From NCBI GenBank assembly GCA_963791595.1, contig CAWBTF010000014.1, positions 455,417 through 519,416 of the forward strand: a DNA stretch of 64,000 bases. The letters run 5' to 3'. Below, piece by piece: positions 1-11,728 of the stretch. The notes beneath the pieces were generated by a model that did not search any database, had not been told where the DNA came from, and saw only the letters and a program-made list of their open reading frames with translations. The stretch comes from an uncultured beta proteobacterium (GTDB lineage Bacteria; Pseudomonadota; Gammaproteobacteria; Burkholderiales; Burkholderiaceae_C). The position numbers were made by a program, and so were the translations under genes. Positions within the stretch are counted from its first letter, which is position 1. The number at the start of each line of letters is the position of its first letter.

Positions 1-490
1 TCGCGATCGGCGTGCTGTACCTGAAAGGCATGAACCCGGGGCCGACGCTTTTCGTCAACAACCCGCAGAACATCTACGCTGTGTTCATCGTCTTCATCCT
101 CGCGCAACTGCTGATGCTGCCGCTGGGTTGGATGGCGATCCGCGCGGCGCGCCAGATCCTGCGCATCCCGGCAAGCGTGCTGATGCCGCTGATCCTGCTG
201 TTCTGCATCGTCGGCAGCTTCGCGATCAACAACAGCCTGTTCGGCGTGATCGTGATGCTCTGGCCGGCGTGATGGGTTTCTTCATGGAGCGCTGGGGCTT
301 CCCGGTCGCACCGACGATCCTGGGCGTCGTGCTCGGCACGATGCTGGAGGAGCATTTCTTCTCCAGCCTGGTGAAGGCCGACGGCAACTTCCTGGTGTTC
401 TTCGAGCGGCCGATCGCCGGGGCGCTGGGCGCGGTGACCTTAATGATTTGGATCTGGCCGGTGTTACGTGCGACGTTCAAGCGTGACTGA
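1..490 (+). CDS. TctA-family tripartite tricarboxylate transporter large permease, C-terminal fragment (gene begins upstream of the window); the frame breaks near 265-275
   Basis: ORFs 12-272 and 128-490 encode consecutive TctA C-terminal segments (…LPLGWMAIRAARQILRIP…FGVIVMLWPA, then MGFFMERWGFPVAPTILGVVLGTMLEEHFF…) in different frames; compare intact TctA at 58057-59562. Confidence 0.7.
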   Translation, partial: RDRRAVPERHEPGADAFRQQPAEHLRCVHRLHPRATADAAAGLDGDPRGAPDPAHPGKRADAADPAVLHRRQLRDQQQPVRRDRDALAGVMGFFMERWGFPVAPTILGVVLGTMLEEHFFSSLVKADGNFLVFFERPIAGALGAVTLMIWIWPVLRATFKRD

Positions 491-581
491 TACCAGTTCG
501 CTTTCGTTTACATAGAAATGGGGGTCTGCCTTCGGCCCATTGCTGACACTCACCGCTGCGCGCCCGCCAGCTGCGGCGCGA

Positions 582-931
582 GGGCAGGTGGCCCGGGGCA
601 CGTTCTCCGGCCCACGCTCGCGGGGCACTCGATGTGGACCACCGCGCGCAGTTCCATCAACGCCAGCCAAGCTCGCGAAGAGCCAGGACACCGCGAATGG
701 GGCCTGCGACCGTACCCCGAGCCACCTGCCCCGGCCACCGGGTGGCACCCCTGCGCATCGCCCGTCACCGTGGGGTGCAGCAGGGCGGTGGTGGTGCCCC
801 CGTGCGCAGGCCCCATTCGCGGTGTCCTGGCTCTTGACGCGCTTGGACGGTGATGAGGCGGTTGAGCGTCGTGGGCTGCGGTGGTGCCCCGCGAGCGAGG
901 GCCGGAGCACGGGGGCGCCGCCACCGCCCTG
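582..931 (-). repeat. MITE-like repeat, copy A (inverted relative to copies B and C); imperfect 27-bp terminal inverted repeats (TTCTCCGGCCCACGCTCGCGGGGCACT … GTGCCCCGCGAGCGAGGGCCGGAGCAC) and an internal palindrome CGCGAATGGGGCCTGCGA / GGCCCCATTCGCGG
   Basis: direct comparison with 18146-18511 and 47941-48304; it lies intergenic between the TctA fragment and fic. Confidence 0.75.
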
Positions 932-1206
932 GGCAACGGTGGCAGGTGGGCTGCGCTTGCACGGACCGCCGGTTTTCGCTCGAAGCCCCCAGCCACCTGA
1001 CCTCGCGTCGCAGCTGGCATGCGCGCAGCGCCGAACGTCAGCAATGGGCCGAGGTGCGGTTGAAAGCCAGTCCGTATGAGGGATTGCGTACTCACGCCGA
1101 TTGCTGCGCCACAACTCGCGGCCCTGCACTGTGTCTTGTCCACAGACGGGCCACCTCCGCCCTTTCGATCTCCTGCGGCACTGACCGAAGGTGGTCGCCC
1201 TTGTAC

Positions 1207-2412
1207 TCAGGGGGCCGATGACGCGACGATTTGCGGGGCACGCAGGTCCGCGTCGGGCTTTTGCAGCAGCGCCAAGAGTTCGTGTGCGACATAGAGGCGC
1301 CCCCATTGGCGGCCAGTTACTTCGCGCAAGCAACCTTGTTCCTCAAGTGCCGCTATGGCTGCGCGTGCCGTGGGGTCCGTCTTCTGCATCACCCGCGCGG
1401 CTCGCTTGGCGTCGGTGAGCGGATTCTGGAACAGGGCGTCGATCAACGTCAACACGCCGGCTTGGCCGGCAAAGTGCGTACGGTAGCGCTCGCGCAGGTC
1501 GAGCAATGCTGTGACCTGTCCGGCGGCCAGCCTCGCGGTCACTTCAATCCCTTGCAGGAAGTAGATGAGCCAGCCGCGCCAATCGCTGTGGGTTCGGGTG
1601 CGCTGGAGGCGCTCGTAGTACTCCGTTTTGTTGGCTTCGATATAAGCCGACAGGTACAGGAGTGGCCGCGACAGACGCTGGCGCTCGCTGAGGAACAGCG
1701 TAATCAGCAAGCGGCCGACACGTCCGTTGCCGTCTGCAAACGGGTGCAGCGTTTCGAAATGAGCGTGCATCAGTGCGCACTGCACAAGGTCTGGCAATGT
1801 GTGGCGCTCATGCAGGAATTTTTCCCAGGAATCCAGGCAGGCCATCAAGCGATCCGGCGGGGGAGGCACGAAGGTGGCTGTATCGATGCGGCTGCCCAAC
1901 GTACCGATGAAATTCTGGTGGGTTCGGAAGTTGCCTGGATTCTTGTCGCCGCCGCGTACACCTTGCATCAGCTGCTCGTGCAGTTCGCGCACCAACCGAA
2001 GTGACAGGGGCAGCTCATGCAGGCGGCGCAGCCCGTGCTCAAGCGCAAGTACGTAGTTTTGGACTTCAGCGGTATCAGCATGGGCGGGCTGTTTGGCGTC
2101 TGTGGGCCTCAGTTCTTCTTCGAAAAGGTCGGAGAGGCTCGCTTGCGTGCCTTCGATCCGCGAAGACAGTACCGCCTCTTGGCGCATGTAGGGTGCAATG
2201 AGCAGATGCGGATTGGGGAGCTGGCGGCCCATGCCGGACAGTTCAGACAGGCTGGCGTCGGCGAGGGAGAGCAGGCGGACGAGTTCAGGATCGAAGTCGA
2301 GGTGCGGCGGCAAAGCAGCAGGCACAAAGGCCGGTACGCCCTGGGGGGTAGTGACCAGTTCACCCAGGAGGGGTTCGACAAAGTCTTCACGGCGCATGGC
2401 TATTAAATCCAA
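1207..2412 (-). CDS. fic: Fic family protein (Fic/DOC fold, probable AMP-transferase); canonical HPFADGNGRVGR motif and an N-terminal inhibitory-helix motif SRIEG ([S/T]xxxE[G/N]), i.e. class II auto-inhibited Fic
   Basis: motifs read in the 401-aa ORF translation. Confidence 0.85.
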   Translation of the reverse strand: MDLIAMRREDFVEPLLGELVTTPQGVPAFVPAALPPHLDFDPELVRLLSLADASLSELSGMGRQLPNPHLLIAPYMRQEAVLSSRIEGTQASLSDLFEEELRPTDAKQPAHADTAEVQNYVLALEHGLRRLHELPLSLRLVRELHEQLMQGVRGGDKNPGNFRTHQNFIGTLGSRIDTATFVPPPPDRLMACLDSWEKFLHERHTLPDLVQCALMHAHFETLHPFADGNGRVGRLLITLFLSERQRLSRPLLYLSAYIEANKTEYYERLQRTRTHSDWRGWLIYFLQGIEVTARLAAGQVTALLDLRERYRTHFAGQAGVLTLIDALFQNPLTDAKRAARVMQKTDPTARAAIAALEEQGCLREVTGRQWGRLYVAHELLALLQKPDADLRAPQIVASSAP

Positions 2413-2491
2413 CCACCTTTCGATTTAAATGATTGCTGCATTGAGGCCGTGCCTTTAATTGCTCGCATGGCTTTAAAAGAATACGGGCTAA

Positions 2492-2526
2492 TTATTCAAA
2501 AGATCGGGGCGCTTTACAAGCGCCCC
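2492..2526 (-). terminator. rho-independent terminator downstream of pntB (minus strand): hairpin GGGGCGCTTGTAAAGCGCCCC followed by a T-run (GATCTTTTGAATAATT)
   Basis: GC-rich stem plus U-tract immediately 3' of the pntB stop at 2574; it sits in an unusually AT-rich stretch (about 2398-2520). Confidence 0.6.
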
Positions 2527-2573
2527 GAAGCATCGATCACGGAAAAGCAGAATCGAATGCCCCCTCTTACAGC

Positions 2574-4044
2574 CTACTCCACCGCCTTCACCATCTGCTC
2601 GACCACCTTCTTCGCGTCGCCGAACACCATCATCGTCTTGTCCATGTAGAACAGCTCGTTGTCCAGCCCGGCGTAGCCGCTGGCCATGCTGCGCTTGTTG
2701 ACGATCACGGTCTTGGCCTTGTAGGCCTCGAGGATCGGCATGCCGTAGATCGCGCTGCCCTTCACGTGCGCGGCCGGGTTCACGACGTCGTTGGCACCGA
2801 GGATGATCGCCACGTCGGCCTGGCCGAATTCGCCGTTGATGTCTTCCATCTCGAACACCTGGTCGTACGGCACCTCGGCCTCGGCGAGCAGCACGTTCAT
2901 GTGGCCCGGCATGCGCCCGGCCACCGGGTGGATCGCGTACTTCACCGTGACGCCCTTGGCGATCAGCTTGGTTGCGAGTTCCTTCACCGCGTGCTGGGCG
3001 CGCGCCACCGCCAGGCCGTAGCCGGGAACGATGATCACGGTCTCGGCGTTGCCGAGCACGAAGGCCGCGTCGTCGGCGCTGCCGCTCTTCACGCTGCGCT
3101 GCTGCGCGGCACCTGCGGCGACCGTGGTCTCGCCGCCGAAGCCGCCCAGGATCACGTTGAAGAACGAGCGGTTCATCGCCTTGCACATGATGTAACTCAG
3201 GATCGCGCCCGATGACTGCCCACCAGCGAGCCGGCAATGATCAGCATGCTGAATTGTTCAGCGAGAAGCCGATGCCCGCCGCGGCCCAGCCCGAATAGCT
3301 GTTGAGCATGCTCACCACCACCGGCATGTCGGCGCCGCCGATCGGGATGATGAGCGTCACGCCGATCACGAAAGCGAGCGCGAGCACGATGCCGAAGTAC
3401 AGGTTCGACTGCGTAACGGTGTAGGCGACGATCAGCGCAACCATTGCCAGGCCAAGCACCGCATTGATCGCATGCTGACCGGAGAACACGACGGGCGCGC
3501 CCTGGAACAGGCGGAACTTGTAGGTGCCCGAGAGCTTGCCGAACGCGATCACCGAGCCGCTGAACGTGACCGCGCCGATCGCCGCGCCGAGCGCCAGCTC
3601 GAGCCGGTTGCCCACCGGCAGTGCGCCGCCTTTTTCCGTGATGCCGAAAGCCCAGGGCTCGACCGCCGCGGCGATGGCGATGAACACCGCAGCCAGGCCG
3701 ATCATGCTGTGGAAGAACGCCACCAGTTCGGGCATCTTCGTCATCTCGACCGTCTTGGCGCGCCACGCGCCATAGCCGCCGCCCACCACCAGGCCGAGCA
3801 GCACCCAGGACAGGCCGTTGGCGGAGCCTGCAAGCTTGACGATCAGCGCCACCGTCGTGAACGCGGCGATCGCCATGCCGGCCATGCCGAACACGTTGCC
3901 GCGGATCGACGTGGTCGGGTGGCTCAGCCCCTTCAGCGCCTGGATGAAGCAGACACTGGCGACGAGGTAGAGCAGGGTGACGAGGTTCAGGCTCATTGTG
4001 AACCCCCAGTCACGGAGGTCCGCGACAGCCCCCCGAGGGGGCAC
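2574..4044 (-). CDS. pntB: NAD(P) transhydrogenase subunit beta (PntB); the coding sequence is split across three frames with two frame breaks within about 3188-3250
   Basis: N-terminal membrane domain is ORF 3241-4044 and C-terminal NADP(H)-binding domain III is ORF 2574-3188 (…[18 protein letters not shown]…); the linking segment [14 protein letters not shown] is in a third frame. Confidence 0.85.
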
Positions 4045-4078
4045 TCGCCTGTCTTGAGGCGGCAGGGCAGCAGGCTCA

Positions 4079-4399
4079 TCACTTCTTCCCCTCGATCGCC
4101 TTCGCAGGCTTGTCCTTCTTTCTGAACATCTCCAGCATGCGCCGCGTGACGAGGAAGCCGCCGAAGATGTTCACCGAGGCCAGCGCGACGGCGAGCACAC
4201 CCATCGTCTTGCCGAGCGTCGTTTCGGTCAGCGCCGCGGCGAGCATCGCGCCGACGATCACGATCGCCGAAATCGCATTCGTCACCGACATCAGCGGCGT
4301 GTGCAGCGCCGGCGTGACGGTCCAGACGACGTGGTAGCCGACGTAGATCGCGAGCACGAAGATGATGAGGTTCGTAATGGTGGGTGAGACGATGTCCAT
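4079..4399 (-). CDS. pntA: NAD(P) transhydrogenase subunit alpha part 2 (small membrane subunit, PntAB)
   Basis: 106-aa protein with 3 TM helices and a KKDKPAK tail; position between pntAA and pntB. Confidence 0.85.
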   Translation of the reverse strand: MDIVSPTITNLIIFVLAIYVGYHVVWTVTPALHTPLMSVTNAISAIVIVGAMLAAALTETTLGKTMGVLAVALASVNIFGGFLVTRRMLEMFRKKDKPAKAIEGKK

Positions 4400-4431
4400 G
4401 GAGTGTTCCTTGTTCTTCGCAGTGCAATCGG

Positions 4432-5547
4432 CTACTTCCGCTTGACCTCGCCGCCCTGCGTCATCAGGCAGGCCACGACGATGTCGTCATCCATCGGCAC
4501 ATGGAACGTGGCTTCCTTCGTGAGCACGAGCTTCAGGAAGTCGAGCACGTTGCGCGCGTACAGGCTCGAGCTGTCGGCCGCCACCAGCGCCGGGATGTTG
4601 GTCTCGCCCACCAGCGTAACGCCGTGCTTCACCACCGTCTTGCCGGCTTCGGTGAGCGGGCAGTTGCCGCCGGCCGGCGCCGCCATGTCGACGATCACCG
4701 AGCCCGGCTTCATGCTCTTCACCATCTCTTCCGTGATCAGCACCGGCGCCGCGCGGCCCGGAATCAGCGCGGTCGAGATCACGATGTCGGCCGCAGCGAC
4801 GCGCTTGGCGACTTCGATCTTCTGCCGCTCTAACCAACTCTGCGGCATCGGCCGCGCGTAGCCGCCCACGCCTTCGGCGGCTTCCTTCTCCTCGGCAGTT
4901 TCGTACGCGACGTCGATGAACTTCGCGCCGAGCGATTCGACCTGCTCCTTTACGCTCGGGCGCACGTCGCTCGCCTCGATCACCGCGCCCAGGCGCTTTG
5001 CGGTGGCGATCGCCTGCAATCCGGCCACGCCCACGCCGAGGATCACGATCCGCGCCGCCTTGATCGTCCCGGCCGCCGTCATCAGCATCGGGAACAGGCG
5101 CTGGTACTTGTCGGCCGCCATCATCACCGCCTTGTAGCCGGCGATGTTGGCCTGGCTGGAGAGCACGTCCATGCTCTGCGCGCGCGTCGTGCGCGGCGCG
5201 GCTTCCAGCGCAAAGCTGGTCAGGCCGGCGCTGGCCAGGCGCTGCAAACCTTCCTTGTCGAAGGGGTTGAGCATGCCGACGAGCGCGGTGCCGCTTTTCA
5301 TCAGGCCCAGCTCGTCGGCGCTCGGGCTGCGCACCTTGAGCACGAGCTCGCAAGCCAGGGCGCCGGCACGGTCGGTGATCTCGGCGCCGGCCGCGGCGTA
5401 GGCCGCGTCGGTGGCGCTGGCGGCGACGCCCGCACCCGATTGCACCTTGACCGTGTGGCCCTGCGCCTTGAGCTTCTTTGCCGTCTCGGGCGTCGCCGCA
5501 ACGCGGGTTTCGCCCGCCGCGGTTTCGAGCGGGACTCCGATCAACAT
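4432..5547 (-). CDS. pntA: NAD(P) transhydrogenase subunit alpha part 1 (PntAA, dI NAD(H)-binding domain)
   Basis: 371-aa translation [26 protein letters not shown]…[21 protein letters not shown] with a Rossmann GxGxxG motif. Confidence 0.9.
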   Translation of the reverse strand: MLIGVPLETAAGETRVAATPETAKKLKAQGHTVKVQSGAGVAASATDAAYAAAGAEITDRAGALACELVLKVRSPSADELGLMKSGTALVGMLNPFDKEGLQRLASAGLTSFALEAAPRTTRAQSMDVLSSQANIAGYKAVMMAADKYQRLFPMLMTAAGTIKAARIVILGVGVAGLQAIATAKRLGAVIEASDVRPSVKEQVESLGAKFIDVAYETAEEKEAAEGVGGYARPMPQSWLERQKIEVAKRVAAADIVISTALIPGRAAPVLITEEMVKSMKPGSVIVDMAAPAGGNCPLTEAGKTVVKHGVTLVGETNIPALVAADSSSLYARNVLDFLKLVLTKEATFHVPMDDDIVVACLMTQGGEVKRK

Positions 5548-5632
5548 GGGTGACTCCTCATCTTGTTAGCCGCGGCGTGGGGCGATGCGCGCGTTTCGAG
5601 CGGCGAGCATACACAAGAACACGCGCGCCGCG

Positions 5633-6916
5633 TCAAGCCGGCGGGACCGGCATGAAAGCCGTGGCGGGCGGGCGCCCGGGCAGGCTGAGCGACGCCGTGG
5701 CCGGCGGCGAGCCGGCGATGCGCTTGCCGCGCCGGTACACCGCCAGCCGGGTCGCGCGCAGGCGAATCGCTTCGATCGGGTCTCGCGCTTGAAGCAACAC
5801 GAAGTCGGCGTGACAGCCGGGTTCGATGCCGTAGTCCTGAAGCGCCAGGATACGTGCCGGCGCTTGCGTGACCGCATCGAAACACTGGCGCATCGCCGCC
5901 TGCCCGGTCATCTGCGCGACGTGCAGGCCCATGTGGGCCACTTCCAGCATGTCGGCGCTGCCCAGGCTGTACCAGGGGTCCATCACGCAGTCGTGGCCGA
6001 ACGCGACCGTCATTCCGTGCGCCAGCAGCTCGGGAACGCGCGTCATGCCGCGGCGCTTGGGGTAGCTGTCGTGCCGGCCCTGGATCGTGATGTTGATCAG
6101 CGGGTTGCTGACCACGCTCAACTGCGCCTGCGCCATCAGCGGCAACAGCTTGGACACGTAGTAGTTGTCCATCGAATGCATCGAGGTCAGGTGCGAGCCC
6201 GTCACGCGGCCGTGCAGGCCGAGGCGCTGCGTCTCGAACGCGAGCGTCTCGACATGGCGCGACAGCGGGTCGTCGGTTTCGTCGCAATGCATGTCGACCA
6301 GGCGGCCCTGCTCGGCGGCGAGTTCGCACAGGATGCGCACGCTTTCGGCGCCCTGCTGCATCGTGCGCTCGAAGTGCGGAATGCCGCCTACTACGTCGAC
6401 CCCCATCGCCAGCGCGCGCTTCAGCTGCTCCAGCGCGCCGGGGCTGCGCAGCACGCCGTCTTGCGGGAAGGCGACGAGCTGCAAGTCGAGATAGGGCGCC
6501 ACGCGTTTCTTCACTTCGAGCAGTGCCTCCACGGCAAGCAGGCGCGGATCGCAGATGTCGACATGCGAGCGAATCGCCAACAGGCCTTTGGCAACGGCCC
6601 AATCGCAATAGGTGAGCGCGCGCTCGATCAAGGCATCTGCCGTCAGCAGCGGCTTCAGCTCGCCCCACAGCGCGATACCCTCCAGCAGCGTGCCGCTCGC
6701 GTTCACGCGCGGCAAGCCGTAGCTGAGCGTCGCGTCCATGTGGAAATGCGCGTCGACGAACGGCGGGCTGAGCAGCAGGCCTTGTGCGTCCAGCGTCTCG
6801 TGCGCCGGTGCAGTCAGCCCCTGCGTGACCTCGACGATGCGCCCGGCTTGCACAGCGACCGCCATCTCGCGGCGGCCATCGGGCAGGTTGGCGTGGGTCA
6901 CCAGCAGATCGAGCAT
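5633..6916 (-). CDS. amidohydrolase-family enzyme, cytosine deaminase-like (CodA/AtzC clade); last gene of the BMP-type ABC operon
   Basis: 427-aa protein with metal-binding FVDAHFHMD and HCDE motifs typical of the cytosine deaminase / guanine deaminase-like amidohydrolase fold. Confidence 0.75.
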   Translation of the reverse strand: MLDLLVTHANLPDGRREMAVAVQAGRIVEVTQGLTAPAHETLDAQGLLLSPPFVDAHFHMDATLSYGLPRVNASGTLLEGIALWGELKPLLTADALIERALTYCDWAVAKGLLAIRSHVDICDPRLLAVEALLEVKKRVAPYLDLQLVAFPQDGVLRSPGALEQLKRALAMGVDVVGGIPHFERTMQQGAESVRILCELAAEQGRLVDMHCDETDDPLSRHVETLAFETQRLGLHGRVTGSHLTSMHSMDNYYVSKLLPLMAQAQLSVVSNPLINITIQGRHDSYPKRRGMTRVPELLAHGMTVAFGHDCVMDPWYSLGSADMLEVAHMGLHVAQMTGQAAMRQCFDAVTQAPARILALQDYGIEPGCHADFVLLQARDPIEAIRLRATRLAVYRRGKRIAGSPPATASLSLPGRPPATAFMPVPPA

Positions 6917-6976
6917 GTGTTCGGCCTTCCGTCTCTTGGCGCAACGCAGCTCGGTGCCGCGCCGCGCGCCCCGATG

Positions 6977-7900
6977 CTATCTCTCGCCCTTGCGATAGGG
7001 CTTCATCAACCCGGCCGGATAAGCCGCCCGCCGCGCCACGAGCACCAGAGCAACGATCGACAAGACATAGGGCAGCATCAAGTAAACCTGGTACGGCAAA
7101 GCCGCGCTGCCCGACTGCTGCAGCCGCAGCTGCAGCGCGTCGAACATCGCGAACAGCAGCGCGCCCAGCAGCGCCTTGCCCGGTTGCCACGACGCGAACA
7201 CGACCAGCGCCACGCAAACCCAGCCGCGGCCGTTGACCATGTTGAAGAAGAAGGCGTTGAAGGCGGCCAGCGTCAGGAACGAACCCGCCACGCCCATCAG
7301 TGCAGAACCGGCGACGATGGCCCCGGTGCGAACCGCTGCCACCGACACGCCCTGCCCTTCGGCCGCGTGCGGGTTCTCGCCGACCATGCGCAGCGCCAAG
7401 CCCGCCGGCGTGCGGTACAGAAAATAGCCGAGCAGCGGCACCAGCGCCAGCGCAAGCAGCGTCAGCGGCGTTTGTTGTTCGAGGATCGGGATGCCGAGGC
7501 CCGTCATTTCAGTGAAGGGCTGCACCGTTGGCGGCGTGTTCACCTTGGGAAACCCGACCCGATAGCCGTAGTAGCTGAGCGCGGTGGCGAGCAGGGTGAT
7601 TCCCAGCCCCGAGACATGCTGCGACAGCGCCAGTGTCACGGTGAGCAGCGCGTGCAACAGGCCAAACACCGCGCCGACGAGCGCGGCCACCGCCACCCCA
7701 CCCCACAGCGGCAGCCCGCTGTAGACCGCGAGCCAGCCTGCAAACGCACCCGCGACCATGATGCCCTCGATGCCCAGGTTCAGCACACCGGCGCGCTCGC
7801 ACAGCAACACGCCCAGCGTTCCCAGCAGCAGCGGCGTCGCGATGCGCAGCACGGCGACCCAGAAAGAGGCGTTGGCGACAATGTCCGCGATCTCGATCAT
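6977..7900 (-). CDS. ABC transporter permease, BMP/nucleoside-type (YufQ/NupQ-like)
   Basis: 307-aa polytopic protein; operon context with the BMP substrate-binding protein and ATPase. Confidence 0.8.
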   Translation of the reverse strand: MIEIADIVANASFWVAVLRIATPLLLGTLGVLLCERAGVLNLGIEGIMVAGAFAGWLAVYSGLPLWGGVAVAALVGAVFGLLHALLTVTLALSQHVSGLGITLLATALSYYGYRVGFPKVNTPPTVQPFTEMTGLGIPILEQQTPLTLLALALVPLLGYFLYRTPAGLALRMVGENPHAAEGQGVSVAAVRTGAIVAGSALMGVAGSFLTLAAFNAFFFNMVNGRGWVCVALVVFASWQPGKALLGALLFAMFDALQLRLQQSGSAALPYQVYLMLPYVLSIVALVLVARRAAYPAGLMKPYRKGER

Positions 7901-7983
7901 GCAAGTGCCGCTGGATTCGACGCCGCGTCGACGCCGGAGCTACTCTGGGTCGAACATCGAAGGCACCTCTCGACCAACATGGT

Positions 7984-9000
7984 TCAGCGAATCACCTCAT
8001 CGGCACGCACGAGCAGACTGTAGGGCATCGCTAGCCCAACAGCCTTCGCGGTCTTCATGTTGATGACCAGCTCAAAACGCATGGGCTGCTCGATGGGCAG
8101 ATCGCCGGGCTTTGTGCCCTTGAGAATCTTGTCCACGTAGGTAGCCAGGCGCCGATACTGCTGGTCGACCGACCCATAGGACATCAGGCCACCGCCCTCG
8201 GTATAAAGACGGTTCTCGTAGATGGCAGGCAAGCGCCGCCGCGCCGCAAAGTCGACAATCTTGCGCCAGAGCCCGAAATTGGGCGGACTGTTCGTCACCG
8301 TCAGTGCGTCTGCGCGTTCGCGGGTCATCACGGCGAATGCTTGGTCAGCGTCCTCGGACTTGTCGATCCCTACCGCGATCATCGTTACGCCCAACTGGGT
8401 TGCCGCAGCTTCTACCTCGCGACGCCGGACATACGCACCCGGCGTCGTTTGGCGATCGATGAACGTGGTGTCGACAAAGGCGAACCGAACGCACTTCGGC
8501 GCGGCTTCCTTCAGCAGTTGCAGCCGCTTGCCGTGGATCTCTGGTCCAGCGGAAAGGGTCACGCCGGTCACATTCCCACCCGGCTGAGCGAGAGTGGAGA
8601 CGAGACCTATTGAATCCGGGTCGTCGATTAGGGCGACGATCGGAATCGATCCGGTGGCCCGCCTTGCCTCCTCGGCCGCGGGTCCGTAGGCGACGATTAC
8701 GTCGACTTTGAGTGCGACGAGATCGCGTATGAGCGCGGGTATACGCTCTGGCCGCCCCTCGGCCGACCGGTGCTCGATGAAGATGTTGCGGCCCTCGACA
8801 TAGCCCAGTTCGCGTAGGCCGTGCACAAAATCCCGGGCACCGGAATGGACGGGCTCCGGCCCAGTCATATCTGCGAGCGGGGCCGTGTTAAATACGAATG
8901 CCACCCGAGGTAATTTTTCAGTGCGCTGAGCTGTGGCGCCTGACGGCACTGCCAGGCCATACGCAGCCGCCATGCCGATCAATCGTCGCCGCTCAATCAT
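7984..9000 (-). CDS. ABC transporter substrate-binding protein of the ABC_sub_bind (PF04392-like) family; a second, unrelated SBP embedded inside the BMP operon
   Basis: translation …PRVAFVFNTAPLADM…DVIVAYGPAAEEARRATGSIPIVALIDDP…; probable start at MIERRRLIGMAAAYG (about 9000); the longer ORF runs to 9057. Confidence 0.7.
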   Translation of the reverse strand: MIERRRLIGMAAAYGLAVPSGATAQRTEKLPRVAFVFNTAPLADMTGPEPVHSGARDFVHGLRELGYVEGRNIFIEHRSAEGRPERIPALIRDLVALKVDVIVAYGPAAEEARRATGSIPIVALIDDPDSIGLVSTLAQPGGNVTGVTLSAGPEIHGKRLQLLKEAAPKCVRFAFVDTTFIDRQTTPGAYVRRREVEAAATQLGVTMIAVGIDKSEDADQAFAVMTRERADALTVTNSPPNFGLWRKIVDFAARRRLPAIYENRLYTEGGGLMSYGSVDQQYRRLATYVDKILKGTKPGDLPIEQPMRFELVINMKTAKAVGLAMPYSLLVRADEVIR

Positions 9001-10124
9001 GCGAGACCTCCTCGAGCTTGTCGCCAGCCGGCCATGAGTCAGAGGATTGTCTTGCACCAGCGCCTGTACCCCAACGCACCCGATACTGCGTGAACATCGT
9101 CGCCACCAGCACCGCGAGCAACGACGTCGCGACGATCACATCGGCGAAGTAAGTCGGCACGCCGACCGCGCGGCTCATGCTGTCGGCACCCACGAGGATC
9201 CCGGCGATGAAGACCGCCGCGGCGAGAACGCCCAGCGGGTTCAGCGCGGCGAGCATCGCGATCACGATGCCGCTGTAGCCGTAACCGGGCGACATATCCA
9301 GCGTCACGTAGCCGGTGCGCCCGGCCACTTCCACCGCGCCGGCCAGTCCGGCGAGAGCGCCTGACAGACACGCGACGATGACGGTTGTGCGCAACGCCGG
9401 CACGCCGACGAACGCCGCGGCGCGGGCATTCGCGCCACTGGCTCGGATTTGAAATCCGAGCAGCGTGTGCTTGAACAGAACGGAGAGCGCGATGGCGAGG
9501 GCCCCGGCCAGCAGCAGGCCGCTGTGCACGCGCGTGCCTGGAATCAGCTTGCTCAATTCGAGCGCATCTGCCAACGCCAGGCTCTGCGGCCAGCCGAGCG
9601 CCGAAGGGTCCTTCATCGCACCGTCGAGCAAGGCCGATACGCCCAGCAGCGCGATGAAATTCAGCAGCAAGGTGGTGACGACTTCGTCGACACCCAGGCG
9701 CGCCTTCAGCAGCGCCGGCACGAGCAGCAACAAGGCGCCTGCCAGCATGGCGGCGAGCAGCATCGCCGGGAGCATCAGCCACGCCGGTGCTGCAAGTTCA
9801 GCGCCGGGGGCGACGCCGCCCACCGCCACGGCGGCCAGCGCGCCGGCATAGAGCTGGCCTTCGGCGCCGATGTTGTACAGCCGCGCCTTGAAAGCGATCG
9901 TCGCCGCCAGGCCGGTGAGGATCAGCGGCACCGCGCGCGTCAGCGTTTCGCTCCACGCGAACACCGAGCCGAAGCCGCCTTGCAGCATCAACGCGTAGGT
10001 TCGCGCTACCGGCGCGCCGGCCCACGCGACCAGCAGGGAGCTCACGAGCAACGTGAAGCCGATCGCCGCGAGCGGCGCGATCAGCAACGCGATGCGCGAC
10101 GACTGGGGGCGCGGCTCGAGCCTC

Positions 10125-10128
<4 letters not shown>
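8993..10128 (-). CDS. ABC transporter permease (YufP/NupP-like); in this sequence it is in one continuous 907-codon frame with the upstream ATPase
   Basis: C-terminal ~380 aa of ORF 8993-11716, beginning MRLEPRPQSSRIALLIAPLAAIGF; an ATGA motif (GCGATGAGG) at the junction has the permease ATG overlapping a TGA in the adjacent frame, so it is probably a separate gene and the fusion is probably a single-base indel artefact. Confidence 0.7.
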
Positions 10129-11716
<1,588 letters not shown>

Positions 11717-11728
11717 GAAGGGACGGGC

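Noticed and set aside
520-1150. Multiple overlapping 60-200-aa ORFs inside the repeat copies (also 18100-18640 and 47980-48350) sharing peptides such as GHREWGLR and RWLGVRSQAPFAVARKR
   Set aside because: The shared peptides merely reflect repeated DNA; the elements are palindromic, lack consistent frames between copies and carry no start or RBS context.
5541-8023. Very long ORFs on both strands (5541-7217 minus, 558 aa; 5585-8023 plus, 812 aa) overlapping the amidohydrolase and permease genes
   Set aside because: Arg/Ala/Gly-rich low-complexity translations typical of off-frame reading in about 70% GC DNA; the overlapping frames have clear homologues.
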